Below are positions 52,451 through 63,680 of a DNA stretch of 64,000 nucleotides, piece by piece. The stretch's first letter is position 1. Each line of letters begins with the position of its first letter. Below the pieces are notes generated by a model that was not told where the DNA came from, made no database searches, and saw nothing but the letters and a program-made list of their open reading frames with translations. The stretch is from Lama glama (taxonomy: Eukaryota), in the NCBI GenBank assembly GCA_028534125.1, contig CM052817.1, positions 16,184,001 to 16,248,000 of the forward strand, given 5' to 3'. The position numbers and the translations under genes were made by a program.

Positions 52451-52751
52451 CACTGAGCACCCAGTTTCAGTTTGAAGGTCATTGCCTCTGATGACAAAAA
52501 ATAAATAGAAATGAGAGGATTGGCTTCCTATCGCCCATCACCTGCCCCAAGCAATTAAGTCTATCCTTTCATCATTATCCATATGCAAATTAGGAGGTTG
52601 GCCCTGACTTCAAATTCTATTGCTTTTCCCTTTTAAGAACCACCTCCTTCTCCCAACTGAGGCTCACTGGTCACAGTGAGCTATAGCTTCTGGTTGCTGT
52701 AGCATCCATGCTGTGTCCCACAGAGTTGTGCCCAACAGCTGTGACTATGGC

Positions 52752-53175
52752 TGTGGTGACAGACAAATGGCCCCCTCAAAGATGTCTATATCCTAATGCC
52801 CAGAACCTGTGAATATGTTTGGTTACAAGGCAAAGGGAACTGAATGCTTCAGAGGGAATTAAGTTTGCTAATCAGCTAACCTTAAAAGAGGGAGATTACC
52901 TTGGATAATCTCAGTGTGGCTAATCACTCATCACAGTGAAAGAGGGACTCAGGAATTCGGAAGAGAGAATGAGAGAAATGGCAGCATGAGAATGACTCAG
53001 CTGGATGTTACCAGATTCGAAGATAAGAGGGCCACAAACCAAGGAATGCAGACAGCCTCTAGAAACTTGAAATGGCAAGGGAAAAATGTCTTAGCTAGAG
53101 CCTTCAGAAGGAACACAGTCCTGCCAAAACCTTGACTTCAGCCCTGTGAGACCCATTTCAGACTTACGGCCTCTG
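52752..53175 (+). mobile_element. MaLR LTR (MLT1D-like), 3'-truncated
   Basis: TGtgg...aatggccccctcaaagatgtc...cagaacctgtgaatatg...aagtttgctaatcagctaaccttaaaagagggagatta...ccaaggaatgcag..agcctctaga. Confidence 0.9.
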
Positions 53176-55324
53176 CTAAAACCTGATGGCTTAGAACAAC
53201 TACCCACCCTCTGCTAAATCCTGCTCAAATTAGTTTAACTTATGTGTGTCTTCTGTTTCCTCTTGGGAGTCTGACTGGCACAATGACCTAGGACACACAT
53301 ACACACACACACACACTTGAAACAAAAATTTCAAGACTTTCTATCTGGTCATGCCCTACCTGCTTCACAAAATTATCAAAATTTCATGATCTCATTTTGA
53401 AATACCCATTTTAGACTACATCGATGGCATGAAACACAGAAAAATAAAAACTAGCTATGTGTGTTCTGTATTGGGAAAAAAAAAAAGAAGAAAAGAATAT
53501 TGGGGCATAGGAAAGAGAAAAAGGGGAGCGGTAGAGAAGAATAAAGAAAATGCCAAGGAATATGGCAAGGCTGTCAACTGGCTGTTAAGAATAGGCATGT
53601 CTAATACTCAATTCGATGTGATTTGTTTTGGTCTATTTTTAGCCTCTTCCATCTCCCAAACCTTAAGTAAAGTTTACTATATACAAAAACACCTTGCATG
53701 CATGGATGTAGGTTTGTCTGTTGAAAAGGGGAAAGAAAATTGAGTTAGGGAACAAGAGGTTCACTTCCAGGTCTATGTAGTTAAAGTAGGAAGGCACTTC
53801 GGAGGCATCTCCATGGTCCAGAGGCAACAGTACCATGAAAAGAGTGTCAAGTTCCCACAAGTTGGGTAGTGGGGTTTCACCCAATCTAACAAGACATTAA
53901 AGGTAGCTCCTCCCAGGTGATCTTGGATCTACTTCTTTCTTTCTGTTTACATTTTCTACAATAAATATATATTACTTTCATAAAGAAGGAAATGGTCTTT
54001 TCTAAACATTTGTTTGAACTGAATGATGTCAAAGGCACATGCTATATGCCTGCATTGTGTTAGGCACTCTTGTGAATCTGAGGCAATTCTAATATCCATC
54101 CTCAGCCTCAAGAAGTTTGTACTCTCCCCAGAAAAAGGGGAAGCAAGGAAGAAGCTGAAAACAATTCTACTTTGCTACTGGACATGGTTCAAAAAAAAAA
54201 ATCAGAGAGTTAAAGAACCATTGGGAAACACAAGGCTAAAAAGAGCTTGAGTTGATAAAGGCAGATCCTCTGAGGAGCCCAGGTATAGAAGAGGAAAAGG
54301 AAGTCTTGATTTAGTACCAGCAGAGGAGCTAGTTCAGAAGATGATGTTATTGGAACCATTAATTAACGGTGCCCAGAGTCTCAGCTGACTCATGAGTCCA
54401 CCCTCATGTCCAGTCTTGGCTTTTTGCACTAACCTGCCCTGCCTGTTTCAATAAATACCCAAGACAGTACCACAGCAGTGACATTCCCTGCTTCATCCTG
54501 TAGAGAGTGGGTAGGACACAGACCCTTGCTCCAGAGTCCCAACACCCAAGTTCCCTGCCTTTCCCCAACTAACAGGAAGTACAACTAATTCATCAGGAGG
54601 AAAGGGGAAAAGAAGCAGCTTTGAAAGCATGTCTTCTCTAAGGTACATTTAAATCAGGTTAACTTTCATTTAGTTTGCTAGGTTTAGGGTCATATTCTCT
54701 TGCCTTAGTTTTTAAATTTATGCAGCAAATGTTTTTGATTTATGTAGTATGGAGGGATTAATTACACCCTTTACCACAGTAGACCATATGGAATTTATTT
54801 GTCTTCTATTTGCCATAGAGCTCATCTCAGAAAAACTGATCGTGCTAGTCAGAGGCTGCTTGAGCTGGACAGATAACGGTTTGCAAGCTGTGTCCAAAGA
54901 CCTCGGGTTCTACCAACCTGTCTCAGGGGTCAAGTGTGAGAGTGAGAAGAAGGGCTGTAGACCTCCCACCTCTTTCTAAATGGAGCTATTTGAGGTTCTG
55001 CATAAGACTTCATTCGAGTGAACAAGGAGAGGCTTTTCTGCTGCTTAGAAAAAATGTAAACTGCTGATTCTCATTCTATTTGGTCATTTCACAGATGGGT
55101 AAAAGGGGTCCTAAGAAGATGGGAGACTTACCCAGGATTATCCAGGTAATAATTAATGGAATAGGAGTGAAATCTCAAAAGGGATTGATACAAATAGAGA
55201 AAAATCACAGTCATATCAGTGATTTATTTCAACCTCTCAGCATGAGGTATCAGAAAATGGAAAAGGCTTAGATGAGTTAAGGAGTTAGCATATTAAAGGA
55301 AAAGAAGGCCCAGCAGTCCTGGTT

Positions 55325-57365
55325 TCACCCATTTATCCAACAAATATTACTGAGAACTTTCTATATACAAGGTGCCATGCCAACCACTGAGGAAGAACAG
55401 CATTCAAGATAGAAAAGGACGCTTTCAAGAAGTCCACACGCCAATGTGGAAGGAAATATAAATAAACAAAATAATTACAGATGCAATACACACCATGAAG
55501 GTAATAAAGAAGATGAAGTAGAAAGTGACTTCACAGATTGGTGAGGAAAGGTCACTTTAAGAAGGTGATATCTGAATTTAAGCAGAAGAAAAAGAAGGAG
55601 GCAGTAATGCAAAAAGGGCAGGGACAGCATTCCAGATAAACAGAAATCTACATGAAAAATCCCAGAAGCAGGAAAGATTGGAACCCATTCAAGAAACATA
55701 AAAGGGGACAGTGCAGATGGAAACTGGTGGAGACAGTGGCCACACGAGGTTGGTGAGGTAGACAGAACCAAATCACACGTGGCCATGTGGACCATGGTAA
55801 AAATCTCAGATTGTATTGTAAGAGCAAAGCACCTAAATCACTGAAGAGTTTTTAGACAGAGAGTCACATAATCTGATTCATATGTGAAGAATATTCTGGT
55901 TGGTGGAGGATACAGGGTAAATGCAAGGAAGACCAATATTCAGAGGCTACTGCATTAGTCAAAGAAAGAGATAATGGTGGTAAACATGGTAATATTAGCG
56001 ATAAAGAGAAGTGTGTGAATTCAAATGATATGTTGCATATAAAGACAGTAAGATATGCTGATGAACTGAACAGGGAGGAGTAGTGAGGAAAAGTGTATCA
56101 AGAGTGGCTCCCAGCTGAACATCAAGGAGGATGGTATTCCATTTACTGAGCATGAAGGGAAGGATATTTTGCATAGAGAAACCAAAATATTCATTTCAGG
56201 TGCACTGTGTTTGCGATATCCACTGGACAGCCAAATGGAGATGATGAGTAGGACACTGGCTATATACGTACAGAGCTCAAGAGAGTGTTCAGCAGTGACG
56301 TTGAAAATGTGGCATCTGTAACTTGGAGATGGTATCTGAAAACTTGGAGTTGGAGAGATCCACTTCCAGTATGGCTGAAAATGCACCCATCAGACTGACC
56401 ATCCCAATGATAACAACTGTAAACTCTGAGCAAAATACCAAAAACAAACTAATGAGGCCCTGAAAAGTAAACAAATGCAGGCAGATTCTAGAAAGGAACT
56501 GATATTTGGAAAAAGATATTGTTATATGAGTTTTCCATTTGTATGGTTTTTAGCTTATTTGGTGGGGAGGGGACCTGTCTTTTTGGCCAGAAGAATCCTA
56601 GGACAGCAAATCTCTGTGACCTTGAACCACAACTGATGGAGCCAACTGAAAGATGCTCAGCTAAAGATAAAATATCTGAACTGAGATTTCAGCTGCTGCC
56701 ACCCAAGAAATAGAATTTTCTGTCTATGTTCAACCAAATTAATTGCCTACTAAAACAAAAAATATCAGCTCTTTGAAGACTGTAACAGAATCCAGGATCT
56801 CCATGACATAAAATCTGCAATGTTTGGGATACAGTCTAAAATTACTCAATATACAAAAAACTAGGCAAGTGTGACCATATTAAAAGAAAGACAATCCATG
56901 GAGATCAACCACAAGATGACCCAGATGTTAGAAGTAACAGACTATGGTTTTAGAGCAACTAATAGAAACTTGACCAATGAGGTAAAAGAAAACACATTTC
57001 TAATGAATGAGTAGATAGGAATCTCACAAAGAAAAATAAATACTACCAAAAAATCAAATGAAATTTCTAGAACTAAAAATAGAATATCTGAAATTCCTTA
57101 TAAAAAAAAATCACTGGATGGGCTTAACAGTCCAGAAGAATGATTCAATGAGCTTGAACATAGATCAATAGGTAATACACAATCTGAAGAACTGAGGAAA
57201 AAATTTTTAATGAACAGAGCCTCAGTGGGACAATATCCAAAGGTCTAACATATGTATAATTAGAAATATTAAATAAGATCACCTAGGTGGACAGAGAAGA
57301 GGAGGGGTCTAAAGAACATGCCCTCAGGGGGACCCATGAAGAAAGAATCAACAAAAATGATGAAG
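55325..57365 (-). mobile_element. Long L2 fragment interrupted by L1 5' region
   Basis: catttatccaacaaatattactgag...ggccatgtggaccatggtaa...gaggctactgcattagtc...aaatggagatgatgagtagg; resumes at about 57275 (gatcacctagg). Confidence 0.8.
56361..57270 (+). mobile_element. Old L1M 5' UTR/ORF1 fragment
   Basis: acttccagtatggctga start; gatgacccagatgttagaa, aatcaaatgaaatttctagaactaaaaatagaatatctgaa, tcactggatgggcttaacag, gaacagagcctcag, aggtctaacatatgtataattag (ORF1 coiled-coil/RRM relics). Confidence 0.85.
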
Positions 57366-58519
57366 AAGAAATTCTTTAATTTTCTTATCCATCAGAAAAT
57401 CAGCTTTGATGTTTTGCTTTTCTCTCTGTCTTATACCTACAAATCCACCCACCAAAAAAAGGCAGGGAGCGGGGATGGAGTCTCATCTACTAAAAGAAAT
57501 AAAGTTACAACTTACTGACCCACTATCAATACCTCTGCCTCTACTAGAACCTAACCAGTTGTATGAAGTGCAGTGATTTATTAAAGCATAAAGGAATTTA
57601 CTTTCCGAGAAGCTGTTAGTTTGTTTTCTGCTTCATCTCACAGTGAAAACTGTATATAACATTTGTCCAGGCATTTTATCATTAAAAGTCCCCTGAAAAA
57701 GAGAGGTTCCCAATTTTAATCCATAATCAGAGCAAAACTCACATCAGACAAAAAATTAAAACAGTGACCAAAAAAAAAAAAAAAAAATCAGAAAACCAGC
57801 AAGGTTCAGAAGCTTATTGAGACCAAAGGAAAAGAATATTTCAAGAAATTGAAATCCATTCCAGTGTGAGGCTTACAGAAGAATAAACTTTAGCAGGTGA
57901 GATGTAAAGTGAAGATTAGAGAGGATTAAAAATGGTGTTTGAAAACAAACAGCCAATGATAACACAACAAATAATATTAAATTCTTTAAGTACATCAGAA
58001 ATAAGACTGCTGCAAAGGGATCAGTGAATCGGCTAGACAAGCAGTGCACAAAGGAGATATTCAAAAGGATAAGGAGATTGCAGGGAAACTAAATAATGTA
58101 TTTGCATCCGTTTTCACACTGGAGAATAAGGCAATAGAGGAAAGGGAGGAAAAACCTTATTATGTGAAAGAGAGGCCCAGCTCAGACTGAGACATCAAAT
58201 AGAAGCATGAGTCAATGAAACGGTGAAAGAAGTTACTGCCACGTTCCAGCCAAAGCAGGAGGCATTCACCAGAGAATCCAGAAGCGCAGAATGCCTGTAA
58301 TCTCTGATTCCTTATAGCTTTATCATTCGCCATTTAAGAGGTTTCATACTGTGATGAACTGGAAGGCAAGTTACATTATATACCAGTTGGAAGATATACT
58401 TGATTTCTATGGCACAGTGATCTCCATACAGCAAAATATCCAGCCAGTATATTGCAACACAACTGGCTGGGTGATCAAAAGCCAAACAAGATTTTGTAGC
58501 TTTAATCCAGGCCAGATGA

Positions 58520-59245
58520 GAATGTATGGAAAGAGAAATTGTCATATACGTCTAGTGGGAGAATAAACTGGTACCACCAGCTCTAGAGAACATTTGTAAT
58601 ATCTAATAAAATTTTAAGTGCACATTCCAAATGAAGCACCAAGTTCACTGTAAGGTGCACATGCTAAAGAAACTCTGTGCGAAATTACAAGATTGCTCGC
58701 TGCAAGATTATTTCCATAGGTGAAAAACTGGTAACAATATAAATGTTCATAAATGGAAGAGTGGATAAATAAAATATATTTAAACAGTGAAATACAAAAG
58801 GAAGTTTTCAACTCCTAATTAACTAGATCTGTATGTGTTAACTGGCTTAAGCTTCAAAATCATAACACTGAGTAAAAAAAAAAAAGCAAGTCTACAGAAG
58901 GATATAGAGTGACAAAATTTATGTAAAAAATTTTAGATAACACCTAAAATCATAGAAAACATTTTTTATAGGTTTACACATATTTGAACAACAGTGAAAA
59001 AACAAAACCAGTAAGACGTACAATGAATTCATAACATGGGATGCCTCTGGAAACATTGGGAGGGCCATGGAACTAGAGACAGATTAAATATTTCACTTTA
59101 TCTATGAAGATCTATTTCTTTAATTTTAAAAAAAAAGACACAAATGACAAAATATTAGCAATTATCAATTCTGGGTGGTGGTAATAGAATTTTTGTTATA
59201 GTCCTTTCTGTTCTTCTTTTCTTTTTAATTTTCAAGGGGAAAAAT
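58520..59245 (+). mobile_element. L1ME-type 3' region
   Basis: tagtgggagaataaactggtaccacc...aaaaactggtaacaatataaatgttcat...catgggatgcctctgg...caaatgacaaaatattagca...ctgggtggtgg. Confidence 0.85.
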
Positions 59246-59520
59246 GAGTTCTGGCTATCACCTGGATAGAAAACTCAACTTTATTAAATTGCCCACTATT
59301 GAACGTACTGAGAGTTATTACTTACTCAGACTCAAAATTTGCCTTGGAGATGGAGAGTGGAGGCAGGAACAGTCTTTTCTGAGAACTTAGATCATGATAA
59401 CACAGACAGCATCTCTTCAGTCCCTCAGCTGCCTGTTTTCCACCATTCAGGAACTCATGAAGAATCATCAACAGCTCGTATGGCGTTCCATTTTTTTCCA
59501 GGAAAGTTTGACTCCATTTT

Positions 59521-59562
59521 TTTAAATTTATTTATTAACATTTTTTATTGATTTATAATCAC
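59521..59562 (-). mobile_element. Young, extremely 5'-truncated L1 insertion (42 bp) with perfect 13-bp TSD
   Basis: ttgactccatttt at 59508-59520 and 59563-59575 flanks tttaaatttatttattaacattttttattgatttataatcac. Confidence 0.8.
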
Positions 59563-59844
59563 TTGACTCCATTTTAGAGAATAAACAACAGAGGCCTTGG
59601 ATATTAAGGAAAGAAAAGAAATCAAAACAAACTAGAAATCAAAGGTCCAGACCCCTTTATGTCAAAAAGACCCTCTTCCCACCACTATCTTAACATCTGG
59701 CAGTTCTCTTCGGACTGAGTTTGTAGGGTCAAGCCCAGAGATCATAAACAGGTTACATCTCACCTGTAACCTGTGTGTAGCTCACCCGTGGTCACTCAGC
59801 TAGTTGGCGGGCACATCGCCTTTAACCACGGCTGCTCACCGCTA

Positions 59845-60240
59845 GTCACTCGTTTATCCATTCCTACACTGATTCACAAGCCTTTACTGAATTCTACCTA
59901 TGTTCCAACACTTTCCTAGGCACTGGGGATTCAGAAGTCACTCATTCAGTGGGTATTGACTGAGCTATCACTCGATGTCAAGAACAGAGGCAGGCCCTGG
60001 CATTCAGCAGGGAAGTACGGCCAGCATGGTGGTGTGAAATCGAATGTCCAAAAGTGCTGTGACTCCGTGATGGAAGTTTCTATAGGGAACCCCCAAGGTG
60101 GAAGAGGTCCTACTTGCTTTGGGGACTAAAGTGGGGAAAGAGATGAAAGAATGGAGGTCCCAGAAGGCTTCATAGCAGAAGGGACTTTGAGAGGTCCCAT
60201 TTTTGCAGGACTTAAGAGGAGACAAGGTACACCAAAAGGG
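59845..60240 (-). mobile_element. L2 3' fragments
   Basis: attcacaagcctttactgaattctacctatgttccaacactttcctaggcactggggattcag. Confidence 0.75.
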
Positions 60241-60809
60241 CTATCCCTAAAAATCACGCAGCTGGGCTGGCTCTGTGGCATCCTATAGACAGAGAAGCCG
60301 GTTGTTTGGCTGGATTTTTCCCTTCAGAGCTGGCTGCCACACTCCACAGCCCCAGCCCCAGACGAGCATCCATCTTTACCCAAGCACAAGAAAAGAATAA
60401 ATTCCACAGAAAGGCTTTTCAAAGCACCTACCAAGATGAACGCGCACTCTGGCCTGGTTTTTTGTTTGGGAAAATCGTGTGCTAAAAACAGCAGATAAAA
60501 AGGAATCTGTGGGCATAATTTATTTAGACTTTTTAAAGGCTGTGGAGAAGGTCTCTCTCATAGGAGGCTATTAAGGCCAGGAAGGCAAGTCGGTAACTAC
60601 AGGGTGAAAGGTAAAGTTCTGTTGTGATTAAAGGCTTCTTAACTGAGAGGAAACAAAGAGCAGAAATAAATAGCCAATTCTCCACACGGGAAGCTAAAAA
60701 TAATGGGGTTGCTCAAAGATTAGTCCCAGGGCCAGTGTTGTGCTATCTATTTTTAATGATTTGTCAAATGAAGTACAGTAAATAGCAAAATGCAGGTAGC
60801 TGGTGACCG

Positions 60810-60955
60810 GAGAGTGCATGTAGACTGGAGAAGGCCTTAGCCTGGCCCAGCCTGGGCATCTTAGTATATCTCTCTGTGCCTCAATTTCTTTATCTGTGAA
60901 ATGAGAGGACTACACAAGATATGGCCTAAGGGCTCTTAGGCCTGTGAAAATAGTT
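60810..60955 (+). mobile_element. MIR SINE nested in the CR1 RT region
   Basis: ctgggcatcttagtatatctctctgtgcctcaatttctttatctgtgaaatgagaggactac. Confidence 0.8.
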
Positions 60956-62644
60956 AAAACCCCTCAACTTGAAGTTAAGGTAGAACCAGAAGGGAAAAAA
61001 GAGAAGTAACAAATTTGAGCAATCCATGATCCAAAGTAGCATCAGAAAAGGCAAAGGAAATGTTTTCCCCCTGCTGTTTTTGTGTATCTTGACTGGTCCA
61101 GAATAAGTGATAACTTCCTCACAGAAGGCTACACGCATCCCAGCGGACAGTTTCATGAGAACGCCTACTCCTAGCCTGGCATCATCAAAAGTGCCAATAA
61201 ACCATGTGCAGCATTTTTTCAAAAGCAACGAACAATACACAGAAAGTATTATTAGGCTATGGCCTAAGTCCAGCTTTATGTGCTATCTTTGTCTCTGTCA
61301 TTGTCAGCATAGTCTTTATTAAATCAAACACCAAATACTGATTAAACTGAGGATGTGTAATTTGGGGAGCCCCTGAATTCCTTCTCTCCAGAAACTGCAA
61401 TCAGGTTGATGAATCTGCAAACACAAAAGAGATAACTAAATATCGCTGGCCGTGCCACATTGAGAACCCAGCCAATAAAGTCCCAGACAAGGTAGGATCT
61501 GAGCATCACCTTCAAGGGTAAATACTATTTCCGTGGATGGAGAGGAACAGGGAGATCTTTCCAGACTGGGAAAAAAAAAAATTAATCCAGAGCAGAGAAG
61601 TAAAAAAAGGAGATCAGAAATGAAGTCATTCATTTGAGAAAAGACCTAGTTTGTCCTGAGTTGAGAGTTAACTTCATTGCGAAAACAGAGAAGTGTCAGG
61701 AAAGATAAAAAGTTCGAATGAAGAAATTAATAAGTGAGGCTTCACGAATATGCCAGATGGATACTCTTAGTTACCTTGTGCCACAACGCAAGACCAAGGA
61801 AACACTCCATGAAATTAAAGAGAAAAAAAAAATTAATGGGTTTAGGGAGTGCTTTTAACATAACACAATTAGCTTTGGGGACTCACTGCTATAGATACTC
61901 TTTTCCCAAGTAGCTCAGTGAGCTTTATTTTTAATAGAATTATATGTTTATACTAGTAACAGTTCTACCTGCAGTTATGGCTAATGTTATTGATACTCAT
62001 AACTCAAGGCAGACATCTGGGGTCTGAAAGAAATTTTTCCCTCCCATTAAATTGTTGCAGAATGAGTTGAATGCACTCAAAGAAGGATATCTTACTTTTC
62101 TCTAAAGTATCTATTTCTATCCACAGGGATATCTCTGATTTCATAGCAATTCTTTTGTTTGTTTGTTTGTTACTGTTTCATGTTTTTTGCCCCATCAAAA
62201 AGACAATTGCGAGTCATTCTGGACCCCGGTGTCTCTCACGTTATGTAAGACAAAGCATCCAGAAAACACGAACCCGAGGCAACTGGGACGACTAACACTG
62301 GACGGTGACAGCACCAGGAGAAGGCAGCATTTAGGGCAACACCAGAGTGGGCTTCTTTTCATTTATTTGGTAAAACTTCAATTCTAAATAACGGATTTCC
62401 TTAGAAAACATTTATTTGCTGTGAACGACTGCCACAACCTCTTTTTAACTTTCTTGAGGCGTTTTGTTTCCGGCAGGTTTAAGCAATGTTTTCTGAAATC
62501 ATCCTCTATCTTCGACATCGTAAAAACGAAGGAAGAAAATGCTGCGTCTTTTTTTCACTCCAGAAGAAATAATAGAGCTTTCACAACAAATAAATACAAC
62601 ACCATTACTAATATGCCTCACAGATTCTATTCTCCTAGACTTAC

Positions 62645-62691
62645 GTTTCCTTAGTCAGGTCCAGCGGAAAGCAGACAACCTTCACATCCAT
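62645..62691 (-). CDS. Candidate alternative first coding exon, MDVKVVCFPLDLTKE(T), phase 2
   Basis: Strong Kozak aataATGG, in-frame TGA three codons upstream, 15 codons plus AC, then donor |gtaagt at 62644-62639; repeat-free upstream region. Confidence 0.45.
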
Positions 62692-63344
62692 TATTAGTCA
62701 TGATATATACACTCCTCTTTCTCCCTTTCTTTTCACCATATAGCAATGCATTTAGAAGGACCGTCACTCTTTTTGACATTTCTGATATATATTTTAGCAT
62801 TAGGAGCTTGAAAATATTTTGCCAGGTAATGAACATCCTTTGAAGGCAATGGGCACTCATATAAAAACAGAGAGATGGGTTTTGATGCTTAAGCCAGTAA
62901 ACAGGTGTCTCCCTTGCAAAAAGCTCAGAGAAGCTCCTGGGAATACATGTAAAGGCTTTCCATAAGCGTGTTTCTCCGCGTGTCCTGGAGGGATCATCCA
63001 GATTTACGGATGGCAGCCAAGAGAAACACACATAGACAACTACAGAAGCTAGGTAATAAACTTCGGGATACCTGTTTGTTATTTTGACAAAAACTGTGCT
63101 TGCACAAACAGTATCGTGGCCAGAAAATGACTCCCAGTCAGCCAGCCCTGGTAGTCCTCTGAAATTACAGCGCTTTTCCAGCAGTCCCCAGAAATCAGCC
63201 TCACAAGGCCACCAAGATATCCGGGCCCCCGTTTTCTCTCCCCTCATCCCAGCTGTACTAACAAAGAGCTGCCAAATGTAGGGCCCGACTCCTCTTTGTG
63301 CAAGCCTGAATTATCTAAGCAAGCTCCAAAGGAGAGGAAATTCA

Positions 63345-63680
63345 CTTCTCTGCTAAGTCATCATGTAAAGCTTCCAAAATAGAGGTGCCCTTCGAATTAA
63401 ATTTGCTGGTGTCAATTCCCTCATCCTAAACGATACCGTGTAAGAAGGATCAAGTGATTACAATGAAGCAAAAAGAAACAGAGGTCACCCAACACCTGTC
63501 TTTTAACAGCTAGGTAGATTCCAGGACTCAGAATGCCTGGGAAAATAAAATACATGTGACACAACCATCCAACCCAAAGGCCTTCGAACTTCTGTCCCAT
63601 TAAAATGCACAATCCTATGATGATGAAGCTGGCAGCCCCTCAACAGTTTGACTCATTTCCCTGCTAAATATAACTGAAGA
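63345..63680. promoter_or_regulatory. Candidate regulatory cluster upstream (minus sense) of the 62645 exon
   Basis: AP-1 TGACTCA 63649-63655 next to MEF2-consensus CTAAATATAA 63664-63673; MARE/ARE-like tgctaagtcat 63351-63361. Confidence 0.35.

Larger units (their letters stand above)
57790..61945 (+). mobile_element. Long CR1/L3-class LINE ORF2 (reverse transcriptase) fossil with nested L1ME, L2, MIR and a young L1 stub
   Basis: Hand-translated motifs in CR1 order: KFFKYIRNK 57979-58005; DKEIAGKLNNVFASVFTLE 58068-58124; GIHQRI 58261-58278; DKKESVGIIYLDFLKAVEKVS 60494-60556; LTERKQRAEINSQFSTREAKNNGVAQRLVPGPVL 60639-60740; HSMKL 61803-61817. Confidence 0.85.

Noticed and set aside
62651..63247. 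198-aa minus-strand ORF as a single-exon gene
   Set aside because: No recognisable domain and UTR-like composition; one ORF of this length in 64 kb is plausible by chance, and a different frame at its 3' end has better start and splice signals.
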